Positions 15,058 to 28,400 of a stretch of 64,000 bases of DNA are shown here, in pieces. Every line of letters starts with the position of its first letter. Positions within the stretch are counted from its first letter, which is position 1. The notes under the pieces were generated by a model. The model saw only the letters and a program-made list of their open reading frames with translations. It was not told where the DNA came from and did no database searches. Made by a program: the position numbers and the translations under genes. Origin of the DNA: Gordius albopunctatus (Eukaryota); the NCBI GenBank assembly GCA_964276515.1, contig OZ193909.1, positions 2,852,001 through 2,916,000 of the forward strand, written 5' to 3'.

Positions 15058-17288
15058 TACCGAATCAAACATGGAATGTGGTGCAGGCATTGGAAATCGT
15101 CATATATAGTAGTATAATAAGTAACTACTGTCATAGGCGTAGCTAGGGGTGGCAGGAAGGGGGGATGCCCCCCCCTCTAAATCCACAAATTTTTAAAAGT
15201 TATATATTATGGCTTAAAAGCATGATTGCCCCCTCCCCTCTAGTTCCGATTTTGCCTACGCCCATGACTACTGTATTAAACTTGTTTTAAAAATGAGTGT
15301 GGCTATTAAGACGCAGCTATGTTTTTAACATGTAATTAGAGTCCTGCACGGGTCACCCGATCGGGCTTCGGGCAGACCCGAGCCGAGCCGAGTGAAAATG
15401 AAAATTTTATTTTAAACTTATCCTAGTTGTAAATAACGAGTCTCTTAGCTGTATTCTCTCGCATTGCGTCTGTTGCACTGTAGCCTAGAAGTTGCGAGCC
15501 GTATATCAACGTGTAGTTGGTACAGAAATTAATGGAGTCCGCAATATGCTCATACGTGTGAGAATTTGCTTTTTAACTTGTTTCCGTAGGATTAACAGAA
15601 GCATTTTCAGTTGACTAGCCACAATCAAAATTCACTGTGCAGCAGCAGTAGGGGTTAGTGGGTGGTTGAAGCCTAAGCCAATATTTTTTTTTAAATATAC
15701 ACGTGTGTTTTAATTGTATTAATTTCTACGCAATTTATGGGCTCGCCTTTCGTTTTCCGTCGCGTCCTGTTTTACTTGTGATCTGTAACGGGGTTTTAAT
15801 GGCCGTGGACTTATGATGTTGCAAATGCCTTTTATTTTGTTGTCGCAATTATAGACGACTACCTAATGACCGCTGGTTGGTTTTAATTTTTTCGACGTCG
15901 CCCGAGCCCAAATTTCATTTTTGTTTTTGAATTTCTTTTGGCAACTTGTCTAGGTTGTACCTTTATGACGGATAATTTCTTCGAAACTGGCTAAATAGTT
16001 GCCTGCAAATTAGGATGACCGTTGGTCTGGCCCCAGCCAAAATCCTTGTCAATTAATATTTATTTTTGGATGAACTTCAGACAACTTAGATTGGAAAGAG
16101 GCAGGCACGAGTTTTCTACGCGCGATTGCACAACCGTTTCAGTTCAAACATCATTCGGTGATTTCAATAATGAAATATATGGCAAAGCGCAGTTTTTTGA
16201 TATGTTGTCAAACGTTTTTTGCGACATGCAATTTGCGACTAATGTAACCTCCTCAAATCCTTAATTTAAACTTAAGCGGGCGCCCAATTACGTTCGTGCC
16301 TTTTTAATATTTTGCTAGGGATGCATTGTAAGAACTCGTGTAGACGATTATCTAATATAAGAAGGCACATGGGATTCATCAATTTTCCCTGGACACCTAA
16401 CTTTTCTCATAGTATTGGAATAAAATAAACGTCAAAACATTTTAACCAAAATTTCTTGTTGCAAATTTGTGCTGCGGTAATAAACTCAATGACATTTTTA
16501 AGCATTAGTGCTTTAAATTTTTTATTGAAAACTATTAAATAATTAATTTTTTCCGGTATACTTTAGCCATATTTTCGGTTTTTAAAAAATAAGGCTTTTA
16601 ACTTTTTTTTTGCAAAATATCACATTTTTAAGTTTACACACAAAAATCGTAGCATTTTCAACCACTATTATGGGTAAAGTATAGGAAAACGAATAACTCC
16701 AAATATCTTAATTCACATTTTTGTATTTACTGCAGTTTTAATCTTAAAATGGAAAGACAAATTTGCGCATAAACGGGTTTCATTTTCTCCTCAACGCATT
16801 TTATTTTATATTTAATGGTTTTATTATCTTATAATTCATTTTTTGCTTCAAGTCCCCTCGATAAAAGCTCTTTAAAAATCTACGTCACTTTTTATAACCT
16901 TTCATTCATTCTTTTTATCGTTAAACGACCTTCGGTCGATCATTAAGCCCCCACAAGTCAAAAGCTTTGTGACTTATCATACTCCTAATATTTTTTATCT
17001 AACCATTAATAATGAAGCATCAAATTTGTCCATTTAATAGCTCCAGATGTTAAAGTACCTTGGCTGAAAAAGCTTTGTACGCTTTATTGGATTTTGTCCA
17101 TAGCGGCTACGCTTTACAAACACATGGTTGATATCCAGAAGCACCTATATACTCTCGATGACAACACCCAGGACTGTCTCCTAACCGGCGAAAACATAAA
17201 AATTGTGTTTGAAAAATTGACGAAGGTCAAATCATACGGACCCGCCATCACTCACTACGTCCTAGATGTCAAAGTCAAATGGCTTTAA
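12613..17288 (+). CDS. TRMT12: tRNA wybutosine-synthesizing protein 2 (TYW2/TRMT12), 6 coding exons: 12613-12935, 13087-13196, 13235-13395, 13700-14114, 14323-14439, 17041-17288
   Basis: The spliced frame gives HKENGIKYKFD..MFSSGNITER, VVDMFAGIGYFTLP (SAM motif), DWNP, ADRVILGLIP, GGTLHIHEN and VKSYGPAITHYVLDV. All introns are GT-AG with compatible phases. Confidence 0.9.
15016..15055. repeat. (AT)n microsatellite
   Basis: About 20 AT units. Confidence 0.95.
15132..15266. mobile_element. hAT-type MITE copy in TYW2 intron 5
   Basis: TIRs and a perfect 8-bp TSD ACTACTGT. Confidence 0.9.
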
Positions 17289-17432
17289 TATAATTTTTAA
17301 AAAGAGAAAATTTTGTATATTATGCCTAATGAATGTGTAAAACCAATTTTGTATACGCCTTTTAATCTATTTGATTTGTAAATATTAATCGAATAAAGTT
17401 TAGAATCTATAGAATTATCATTGTTAACTGGC

Positions 17433-18775
17433 TAACCCCACGTTCGTGATGACGCGCGAAAGCGAAAAAAACGAAGTGAATTTTTGGGCTAATTTATCAA
17501 ACTTTCCAATTTTTTATTAATATCTTTATATTCACCGTGAAATTTATCATATATCAATGGTAACCATTGATAAGATCGTAATTATTATATAAACATATAC
17601 AATTATATAAAAAATAAAAAACTCGGGCCTTCGGCCCTCGTGGGAAGGGGAGGAGGGGAGGGAAGGGGGAACTCATCTACACTCCGTATAAATGTATCAT
17701 ATTTGCTATGCAATTTATGGGCGAGAAAGGTGGGAAGGGGTGAGAATGCCTATAGGCGGGGGGGGGGGGTATTAAATGTAAAATAATTAGTTAATTATTA
17801 ATACAAATTTTCGATTTAATTAAAAAAAATTGCCTTCTCCGGGATTCGAACTCACATTAGTAGAGCCAGCCTTATGGTTATTTTATTCCATTGGTCAGCA
17901 GCCAGCGGACGGCCAAAAAGTCATAATAGCAATGGTAGGAACAGGAACAATCATAATAGTCAAAAAAAACGGAAAAAATAATTTCGATTCACATTTTGGC
18001 CAATGGTCATTTTTTTCCATTGGTCAGCAGCCAGGACACGGTAAAAGTGGATATAAATTCATAACAGTCAAAAAAAAAACGAAAAAAAAATTTTCGAATA
18101 ACATTTTGGCCAATGGTCATTTTTTCATTGGTCAGCAGCCAGCGGACGGCCAAAAAGTCTTATTATCAATGATAGTAACAAGAACAATTATAAGAGTCAA
18201 AAAAAACTCCGGGATTCTAACCCAAAAACTAGATAAATTGCATAGCAATTATTAAAAAGTATAGGGTAATTATCAATGTTAACCTATTCGAAAACGAACA
18301 AAAAATTTCGATTTATTTGGCCAATGGTAATTTTTTTCAATGGTCAGTAGCCTGCGGACGGTCAAAAAGTCATATTATCAATGGTGTTAAAACAATATAT
18401 TAATTTAATTTAAAAAAAGCTGGCGCCAATAACTTGGTGGATGGACGACGGACGGACGGACGACGGACAACCAAAAACGAGCCCATAAATTGCATAGCAA
18501 TTAATACATACATACCAAATTCAATTTTTTAACCATTGCGCGAAAAGTACAAACTGATTTGTATCTTATTCTCGTTCGCTTCTTGCCGCGGACGAAAATA
18601 ATCGTCTGCGGTTTCACTATGAACACCTTCTATTTACAATTGTTATTTTCGTGATATATGATAAAATTCACGATGAATATAAGATATTAAGAAAAATAAT
18701 GAAAAGTTTGATAAATTAGCACAAAAATTCACTTCGCTTTTTTTCGCTTCGCGCGTCATCAAGAACGCGGGGTAA
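17433..18775. mobile_element. Long-TIR MITE (about 125-bp inverted ends) hosting the HINE-like insertion
   Basis: 17433-17557 is the imperfect reverse complement of 18651-18775. Ends are CCCC..GGGG with TAA-like flanks (piggyBac-like; TSD unclear). Confidence 0.7.
17616..18504 (-). mobile_element. Second HINE-like copy in opposite orientation; related partial copies at about 15720-16060 (+) and 32940-33305 (-)
   Basis: Reverse-complement match to 21821-23116, including both subTIRs (17703-17721 and 18482-18500), GGAC repeats and the terminal hairpin. Confidence 0.75.
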
Positions 18776-20099
18776 GAGAGTTTCTTTATCTGCGATGACA
18801 AAATTCTAAATTGAATAAATTTTAAATTATAAGTATTTTGGAAGTACACCTCAATGGCCTGACATAATTGATATAATTAGGGAACTAGCACGATGGCTTG
18901 ATGGAAATGTGAATAATAGGTAAACGCACGCTATGTTTTTACTTTGCGTTCTAATCATAGGAGTTTTCTCAAAAAATGATCTATATGTCACCTTATAACT
19001 CAATATGCCTTACCCTTCCTTACAGTCTCATGGGCATAGTCAAGGTGGGAGGGGGGCAAGGAGGGGCGGCTGCCCCCCCCCTTTAAATCCAAAAAATTGT
19101 TGAAATTTATTAAAATTACGGCTAAAATGACAAAAAATGTTTATTTTGCCCCTCTCTAATTCCTATGCTGACTATGCCCTTGTGGCTTATCGTTACATTA
19201 ATTAGAGAATTGGGGACTTGGTATTTTTCCATTATAAGAGTGCACGCGACAAAGTAATGAACTGTTATGAATAATAAAATTGCACACTTTATTTAATTAA
19301 AATTTATTGATTTTTAGGGGTGAAATTTTTCATTCTTAATTGTAAAACCTGCAAAAAGTATTTGGTTTAAAATCGACGTGGCTTTTTGAGCGGGCCTCAA
19401 AATATAAATTTACCATTAACATTAATAGATTAGGAATTGCTATAAATTTTTGCTTACAAAATACACATTTATACTTAACTCTTTTGCTAAGATGCATTTT
19501 CATAATTTTATTTTACAAATCAGTTTCCCCTTACCATTGAAACTTCAAGATACAACCTAATTCCTACAACATTTTTTTATTAAGTCTTGTTGGAATTGGA
19601 TATATTGGTTGATTTTATTAATAAACAAGCTGTATTTATAAACACGCCCGACATATGAGAAAATTTTCATTCTTTTAAATGCAAGTGTCTATCTAATATT
19701 AAGATAAAGATCTTACTACTAGTAATCCCATAAGTTCAATCAAATAACCAGTCTTATCTGATAATTTTAAGCCAAAATTATATGGCCTCCTTGCGATTTG
19801 ATAGAGGGAGAATCGAAAGCATTTCTTTTCCCATACCCTTTTCGATTCAGGTAATTTTTCGAAAGTCTTTATTTCTTCAGAAAAACTAAGTGGATTTTTA
19901 ACAACCCTTAATGTGTCTCAATATTTGGCCGACAGAAGCCCGGCCGCAACATTTGTAAATTATTTTGGTTTACTTGTTTTTGACCGTGAGCGTGTCGGTG
20001 CTAGACGCTTCTCTTTGGCTCAATTGTTTAAGCTTATTAATCGAGCGCAACTCGTTGAAAACGCTTGATGAAAAAATAAATTCTCCACAAAAAGAATGA

Positions 20100-21650
20100 C
20101 GAGTTATTAGCTAAGACAGAAACTATATTTTTCCCTATAACTGTTTGTCACACTTGATGGTCAGCTTTTTCAAGTAGTTTTTCCACGTATTCCTGAACTG
20201 ACACCAGCTTCGCTTTAGCTCGTACCTTTCCAAAGTCACTATCTATTTAATTCTTCCATGTCACCTTAGACTTCTCTATCTTTCCCTTAACTGTGACTTG
20301 CTCCTTCTTGATACGCTTTGCAAAGTGTCATTACAAATGGCCATACCATCTCAATCTTCTCACAAGCAACTTTCTCTGAAGCTGGACTACATTTAGTATA
20401 TCTTTTATTTCTTAATTCTTTATATAGTCCTTCTTGCTTTCACCACGATCATTTGCAACTCCCTTGCGGCCAAGCTTTGCTCTTTCTTTGCCTTAATCGT
20501 TCATGTTTATTCTGCATACATTACCGTGGATACAATAACGACGTTATATAATCGTCCTTTGAGTTTGAGTGGTATGTGTTTGTCACATAATACACCACTC
20601 AACTCCTTGAATTTCAGGCAACCTGCGTTTACTCTTGCGCCCGTTTTGTTTTCCACACCCCTATTACATTTTACCTCGTAACCATTTGTGTTCAGTTCCC
20701 GACCCTAAGCATATGTATTCGGGTTTATCTCTATTGACCCTAAAGACATTGCTATCAATTCGATCCATCCACACTTTTGTTGCTGATTCCATAATTTCAT
20801 CCACAAAGGACATTGCCCATGGGGATTCGCGTTTTAGGTCTTAAGTTATCCAATCCATTATTGTTATGAAAATAATGGACTTAGTGACGATCCTTGATGC
20901 ACACCAACATTTAGACTGAATCCCTTTGTAAGTACTTTTGTTTTTGCGTTACTATACAGATCCTTTATTATTAATTTATGAGCCTTGAGTACACCATTGG
21001 AACTCAGGATGTCCTATAGCAACTAGCTTAAAACTTTATCGAAAGCTTTCTCAAGATTGATGACACATATGAAGATCCTTCTGTTTTTCTTATATAATTA
21101 CAAAAGTCGCCTGCGACCATTTATTGCATTCGAAGTTAACTTTCCAGTGAGTCATTCACCCTTAGATATTATTTTTCGAAGTCTAGCCTCTATGTTCTTT
21201 TCCCAAAACTTCATTAGGTGACTCTTTATTTTGTCCACCGAAAGTTCTTGCACTCTTGTGCATCTCCCTTTATAGTTTGGTATAACATAGCTCTCCCTCC
21301 ACTCATTAGGCATTATACCACTTGCATGTATTTTTTCAAACAGCTATAGGTTAGGTATATTATTAGGTCCCACTCTATTCATGAACATCGTTTTAAGCAC
21401 TTGCTAAACCTCTTGTTCTCTCACTTTTAATCTGGGTCATATTCATAGTTCTTGCTTTCGCAATGGTCCGAAAACCCATTTTCTCTGTTCAATAAGTTTT
21501 TATAACATGCTTTCCAACGTTCTTTGATTTGATGGTCCAAAGTTAGAGTGTTGCCTTCTTTGCTCTTTATGGTTCACATTTTTCATGTTCCTTGTGTTTG
21601 CGATTTTGTAGATTATTCTTGCCCCATCTTTAGTATGCTTTAGCCTTACA
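20100..21650 (-). mobile_element. Degraded RTE-like retrotransposon of a different subfamily
   Basis: The minus strand decodes in broken frames to WRESYVIPNYK..GDAQECKNFR..SHLMKFWEK..EARLR and GVHQGSSLSPL. Confidence 0.75.
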
Positions 21651-21820
21651 AAACCATTATTTGTTGTTTTTATTGTGAAATTGCTGCCGCAGTATTACGA
21701 AAATAGACCGCTTATTGACGCAGATAACTTATGCAAAAAACGCCCCATAATATAGGCCTGTTATATATAAAACATCTGGATTATATTGGTTAATATCATA
21801 TAAATACAATGTAACTACAA

Positions 21821-23116
21821 TTAATTGCTATGCAATTTATGGACTCGTTTTTTTTGTCCGTCCGTCCGTCGTCCACTAAGTTATTTACACCAGCTTCCCG
21901 ACTTGCAAGGTTGGGGATCGAGACCGTTTTTTTTACTCTTATGATTGTTCCTGTTAATGCCATTGATCATATGACTTTTTGACCGTCCGCAGCCTACTGA
22001 TCAATGGGAAAAATGACCATTGGCCAAAGTGAGCATCAAAAATTTTTTTCCTGTTTTTTTGGCTATCATTGACTTATAGAGTATCTGTTGGTACTGACCA
22101 ATGGAAAAAAATGACCATTGGCCAAAATGTGAATCGAAATTTTTTTGTTTTTCTTTGACTCGTATGTATTTATAGATCATCTCTGGGTACTGACCAATGG
22201 AAAAAATGACCATTGGCCAATTCTCGTTTTTTTTTGACTCGTATGTATTTATAGACCGTTGTAATGATCTGAAACGTCGAGATTCCCCCCCCCCCCCCCC
22301 CCAGAGATGCATCAAGATTTTAAGGATTTGAAAGATTACGAAGCATCTACTACAATTGCTTGGGTCACCAAAATGTTTTTAGACAAAAAATTTGCGGTTC
22401 ACCCAAAATTCGTTAAAGATTTAGAGAAGTATTATGCTGCACAAACTGAATCCCTCAATTTTTGTTAAATTATCTATAATATATTGATTTTCTATTATTG
22501 TTTCATTTTATTATATAATAAACATAAAACACAACTTTATTATTTCATTATCTATATAAATAACATAAAAAATTCTACAATTTTAATACCAGCATGGTAT
22601 GAGTGGGTCCTTTGGGATCGAGACCCGTAGACGACAAAATTTTTTTTATTTTTTTTTAAATTTAATTAATATTATGTTCTTGTTAATACCATGGATAATA
22701 TGACTTTTTGACCTTCCGCTGGCTACTGACTAATTAAAAAATGACCATTGGCCAAATAAATCGAAATTTTTTGTTTTTGAATAGGTTAACATTGATAAAT
22801 TGCCCTATGCTCTCCCCTACAAGTGCCTATGCTTCTACTGATATGCGTCCCTGTGCCCCTACAAAGGCTTATGCCTCTATTTAATGTGGGTTCGAATCCC
22901 GGCGAGGGCAATTTTTTTTTAATTAAATGGAAAATTTGCATAAATAATTAACTAATCATTTTGCATTTAATACCCTTCTATAGGCATTTCTGCTCCTTCC
23001 GACCTTTCTCGCCCATAATAGCAAATATGCTTTGTTTATACGGAGTATAGATGAGTTTCGTTCCCCCTTCCCTTCCCCCCTTCCCCTTCCCACGAGGGCC
23101 GAAGGCCCGAGTTTTT
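21821..23116 (+). mobile_element. Helentron-associated (HINE/DINE-1-like) non-autonomous element
   Basis: 5' subTIR TTGCTATGCAATTTATGG, GTCC microsatellite, internal tandem repeats (ACTGACCAATGG..GACCATTGGCCA), partial 3' subTIR near 23012, and 3' hairpin GGGCCGAAGGCCC followed by a T-run. Confidence 0.75.
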
Positions 23117-25477
23117 ATATATCTTTTAATTTCCTAAAAGGGCTTATTACTTGAAAATTTGCTTAAATTAGTGATTGGCAATGTTTTAAAATAAAGAGCT
23201 ACAAATAAATGGCATTTTAAGTGGTTTATATTATTTTTAAATATATGAATAATAACTTGTTAACATAATAGACATAACCAGGATTCATATTTAAGACAAA
23301 ACCTTTGACAGTATTTTGTGAGGGTAAAAGTGGTAATTAAAAAAATTATCCATGTTCGTTACTATCTAACGATTTTATTTGGGATGACTGTAGTCCTTAA
23401 GTATAGATATCACTTTTAATGAACGTTGGCTCAATACAAAATTTAATGAATGCATTTGTTAGATTAATTATGTAAGTCATTATATGCACACATATACAAA
23501 TGCGACGAGGAAGTGAATGGTGGAACGACTTTATTGATTTTTTTATTCATTTATTTCCCATTTAATGTATTCATCATTTCATTGCCTAAAATAGTAAAGA
23601 ATATTTATGGAATATAAAATAAACACAAAATTGGTTATTTTTATTCATACGATATGCTGTGAAACCAGATTTTATTTATGAGATGAGGGCCATTCCCAAA
23701 TCCTTAGAGTCTTTCATATTTTATTACACACATAATATATATAGCACGTAGCTTCTATGCCTGACCAAGCCAAACGTAGAGTGAATATGTAATTTATTGT
23801 TTTGATACCTTTACTTTAAGTATACGAAGCGTATAAGCTAGAAAAAATTAACAAGTTGGAAATTTAACTTTTATGATATTGTACATAGAGAAAAAGGCAA
23901 TTTCAATCTCGTTACTTTTCACCTAATACATGTAAATTACATAATGTATAAGATCGACTACATTTGAGGTCAAGATCGGTTCGATCAAATCTAGTGTTTA
24001 TTAATCGAATTGCCTTATAACGAGTAAAATTAAGATATAACACAAAATTGAGGTTTTCTTGATGCATTTAACCGATGAATTGGGTCATGATGATAAAATC
24101 CTTATTTAAAATCGATAATCAAATAATTCCTTTTGCCTCCTTATTAGGAAACGAGTGCAACCTCTGCGATCCCTTTTGTCGTATTAAGAATACATTCAAG
24201 GTTTCCACACTCGCCATCTCACCACTATAATACTATGAAGAATGACTTGGCACTTAGTGCGACATTACATTTATAACCTTAGCTCACACAAACTATTGTA
24301 TCTCCATTTGATAGATTTATAGCCAGATCCCTAAATTTTAAGATGTCGAGGATAAGGCCTCTTCACCATAATACAATGGCTGACTTTAAGCTAAAAGCTT
24401 TTGACTACTGCCTTTGCATATAAAAAATTGATAACTCTTACGGTAATACCTAGGGTTCGATAAAAGCAGGCACTGATTTGCTGCACACTGATTATTGTCG
24501 TTTGTTAGGTTTAATCGATCTTTCGCCAGATATTACTCGTGGAGTGTTGCCTTAACGCTCCGATGGCTAATCCCAAAATAATGGCACTTCCACCTAGTAG
24601 TAGCAACAAACTAATTCCAACCGGCTTGGCAAAAAGGGAAGTTTTTAAGTGCAAAGGAACAAATTCGTAAAAAATAGGAAATTTCTAAAAATATTTCTTA
24701 GTTTATCGGTGTGTGTAAGGGCGGTAGTCTAGTGGTTTAAACCAAAACTATTTTTAAAAGTGCAATGCCACTTTTCACATTTAAGGTGAACGCTGACCAC
24801 ACACTACCCGTCCACAAAGCATGTTACAATAGAATCATAAATAGTCTAAATGTAAAATCTATAGTCGTGCTTTAATTAGATCATGGCGTTAAAAAGGCTT
24901 TAACCTATTTTCAGCACCGAGCATGACACTTTGTACGACGCGAAAATCAATTTATTCGGTTAGCCCTTTTCTAATTGAATTTGGTATCCTACACATAGGG
25001 ATAGTTTTTATTGTTTCGGTGTTACCGTTGCTACTTCTGACACCTTTCAACTGGCCGTTAGTAATGGAATTAATAGTGGTGGTTGTTATTAGCTGTCGTT
25101 TTCACACCTTTTCTTTAGGCCCCTACCCACCCCTCTTGGTTGGTAATGCCATTAATTTTTTTGCAATCATTTTTTGAGCATTATCGATTATTTTATTAAT
25201 TTCAAATTAAGGTGATCGCTTCCCAACCCCGTTCCTGCAGCTAACTGTCATTCACGAGCGCACGTTGCCTCCTTACAATACTCCCCGACCGTCACAAATT
25301 AGCCCGCTCTTTTGTGTCCGTCTACCCTGTACTGTCCGGACCAATATTTAATTTAAATAATTTATTCCAGCTATTCCAATTTCTAAGAATCCTCTTTCCT
25401 TCCTCACCGTTATCAAGGCACATAAATTGCATTAGGATTATACATTAGTTTCAATCGTTTATTCTTGAAGGCAAAAA

Positions 25478-28400
25478 ATGGAATTTGTGGCAAAACAAAT
25501 GATGTCTAATAAACTAGGCGCCGTTAAAGGTAATACGCATTAAGTTTTATTAATTTTATTGAAGATTAAAATATGTATACCCAAAATTATATCTTTTTTT
25601 GGTGTTGCTATTGACCGTAAAAACATCGATTCTTTGATCTATCTATTCGTCTAATGTATTAATAAATAACAAGTGTCATATAAATTGTGTAAAATTTAAA
25701 ACTTTTAATTCAATTAGAAAAGCTCCGGTGATAATTAAATCTTTACTATACTATAATTAAATTATGTATAATGTCAAAATAAATTTAAAAAGGTTCATTT
25801 TCGAACTTTGCTAAAATTAAAATTATCTACATTTCAAAAACTCATCGATCAAGATTATAACAGTTAGCTTCATTTTATAAAGACAGCAATATAAGTTAAC
25901 TAATGCATATAATTTATACCATTTTAAATTTTTCAAGCAAAAGTCACTACTAGGACTTATTTTTTATATAATGATTATTACATATATAGCTGCCATAACC
26001 ATGAAACCAAGATTTTAATGAGAAACGGGAATTAGTTATATATGGAGGGGCAAAAGGGTCTTTTTTCGAAACTTCGGCCATAATTTTAAATTTTAGTTAA
26101 GGTGGTGCCTCTCCCTGGCTACGCTCGTGGCCTAAAATATTAAATTTAAACTTGGCTTAAAGGCCTATTGTGAATTTGTACATTTTCCCCACAACTTTTT
26201 AATGCCCACGTTATAAATTACAGACATAAGGGAGTCATTGTTATTTCAATCTATTTATTTGGTGTAAAGTTGATGGTGGCCCGTCAACTTGCCGAAAAAC
26301 ATCTCGCCGAATTCAACGAATTCACCCTGGGACATTTTGTTATTGGTTGAATGGGGGAAGATTTTAAATTAGGGGACATTTTTTAACCTTGGGACATTAA
26401 ATTCGGCGAGATGGGTTTTGGCGAGTTGATAGGGCACCGAAGTTGATTACATATGGGTATAATATTAATTAATCTAAGATTTTTATTAAATTTTTACTTT
26501 TAACAATTTCTCGTGTATTTTTATAAGTTAACTTGTCCCAGGTACTACAGGTAGAGCCCTGCACGGGCCGCCCGAAGCTCGACCCGATCGGGCTTTGGGC
26601 CGGGCTCTGGCAGAATTTAATATAAAAAAAAATCGAGGCTCGGGTCGAGCCTGATGAGGCGGCCCGAACCGAGGCCCGAGCACGGTCCTAATTGACTAAA
26701 GCAAACATATCTTTTATAAAATATGATTTAAACATACTCAACTCGATATTAAATAATTATCTTCGTACCCCATACATAATATACCTTCCAAGCTTCAGCT
26801 TTTTCCCCCTGTCTATTATAATATTTTGACCTAACTTGCTAATCTTATTCTATATTTAAATATACTCATATAGCTTGTTACTTTAGGAATAAAATAAGGA
26901 AATATATTAAAAAGTTTTTTATATGGAACTGTTAGATGAAATATATTTTATAAAGTTAGATTTCCAGTTTTAAATTAATAGCTGAATGAATTGCAGCGAG
27001 TGAAGATGAAATTTTATTTCAAACTTATCCTAGTTGTAAATTACGATTAATAACAATTTAATGCATTAAGTATTTATATTAAAAAATAATTTTCAAAAAT
27101 TCTAAAATAAATTTTTAAAAATTTTAATATGAGGAATCTGGTCGGGCTCGGGTCGGGCCAAACTGAGACGTCGGGCCGGGCTCGGGCAGAAAAAATTTCA
27201 TTTTGCAGGGCTCTACCTACAGGCCCCCACTTAGGTGAGATTCATGCCAAATAATGGCGAAAAAAGTATAAAATTATAATTCCTATCTTTAAATTTCGAA
27301 AGAATATATTTTATTCATATGTCATAAACTAGTATATAATAAAAGGATAAGTGTTGTTCGTAAAACTAAAAAACAAAGTGCCTGACTATGTTTTAAATTT
27401 TTGCATAGGATTAAGTGAATAGTTGTTGTTAAAAAATAAATATTATACCAAACAAATAAATAAATTATTTTAAACAACAATCTTATTAGTCAAAAGTGTT
27501 CAATGAATGAGCTTACTCCGAGTCTACCACCTTTTTAAAACCTGGTTTAATTTTTTAAGCTTAAACAGGAGTTAATCAAGGGACTGACTATAATTCGATC
27601 TCAAAAATAGTGAAATTAAATTATTTCTATCGATATTTATTTATTAAATGTACACACGTGCTTAAATGTTCAAGTTTTCATAATATTTCTCTGCGCGTGT
27701 AATTTATTGTGCTTGCGGTTCTGTTATAAATTAAGTGTAATTATAAACAAACAATTTAGTTTTGTTTGTATTTTGAGTTTAAATATTACATTAGAATGCT
27801 ATCTAACCCGAATCACATAAAATCCAGATTATTTATTATAATGGAAAGTTATATTTTGGAAAAAGGATGCCTGGTTGATTTAGATACAGATAAGGGTATG
27901 AATCACATCATTGTGCAAACCAATCATTTCAAACGCGATGATAAAAACTGCTATAGAAGACTTTTATTATGTTAATATGTGCCATTAATCATGAGCGTAG
28001 CCAGGGGGGCCTCTAAATCCATAAAATTGTTGAAATTTATTAAAATTATGGCTGAAATTTCAAAAAATAATCAGTTTGCCCTTCCCTAAATCATTATTGC
28101 CCCCCCCTCTAATCCCAATAAATGTAAAATAGCCTAGTTTATTGAAACTTAGTAGATGCCCTGATATATCATATCATTTAAATGCATAATTCCATTAGTT
28201 TTTGTTGAGCGCCTAAATTTAATCAATCAAATCTTTGGCATTGAGATTTGAATGGAGAGAGGAAGGTCCCTAGAGATACTTGTATATTGGATTCCATGCC
28301 AAACCATTCCGATCTATATCATTTTACGCATAACTGGACAAATGCAATAACACTTATTCTTGGTTTCGATATCTCAGGCACATTTTTCTATCGATTTTCA

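Noticed and set aside
17830..18255. 141-aa ORF with repeated GQQPADGQK motifs (and ORF 22001-22315)
   Set aside because: These are chance translations of the internal tandem repeats of the HINE-like element.
17880..18370. Regularly spaced repeats resembling a CRISPR array
   Set aside because: The spacers are similar to each other, the context is eukaryotic and no cas genes are present; these are TE-internal tandem repeats.
22886..22912. tRNA gene
   Set aside because: Only a T-arm/B-box-like piece is visible; no cloverleaf could be built.
24923..25177. Hydrophobic 84-aa plus-strand ORF upstream of complexin
   Set aside because: No recognisable family or splice support; more likely promoter/UTR sequence.
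26645..26680. CTGATGAG..CGAA as a hammerhead ribozyme
   Set aside because: GAAC replaces GAAA, there are no stems I/III, and the site lies among CCCGA subterminal repeats of a hAT element.
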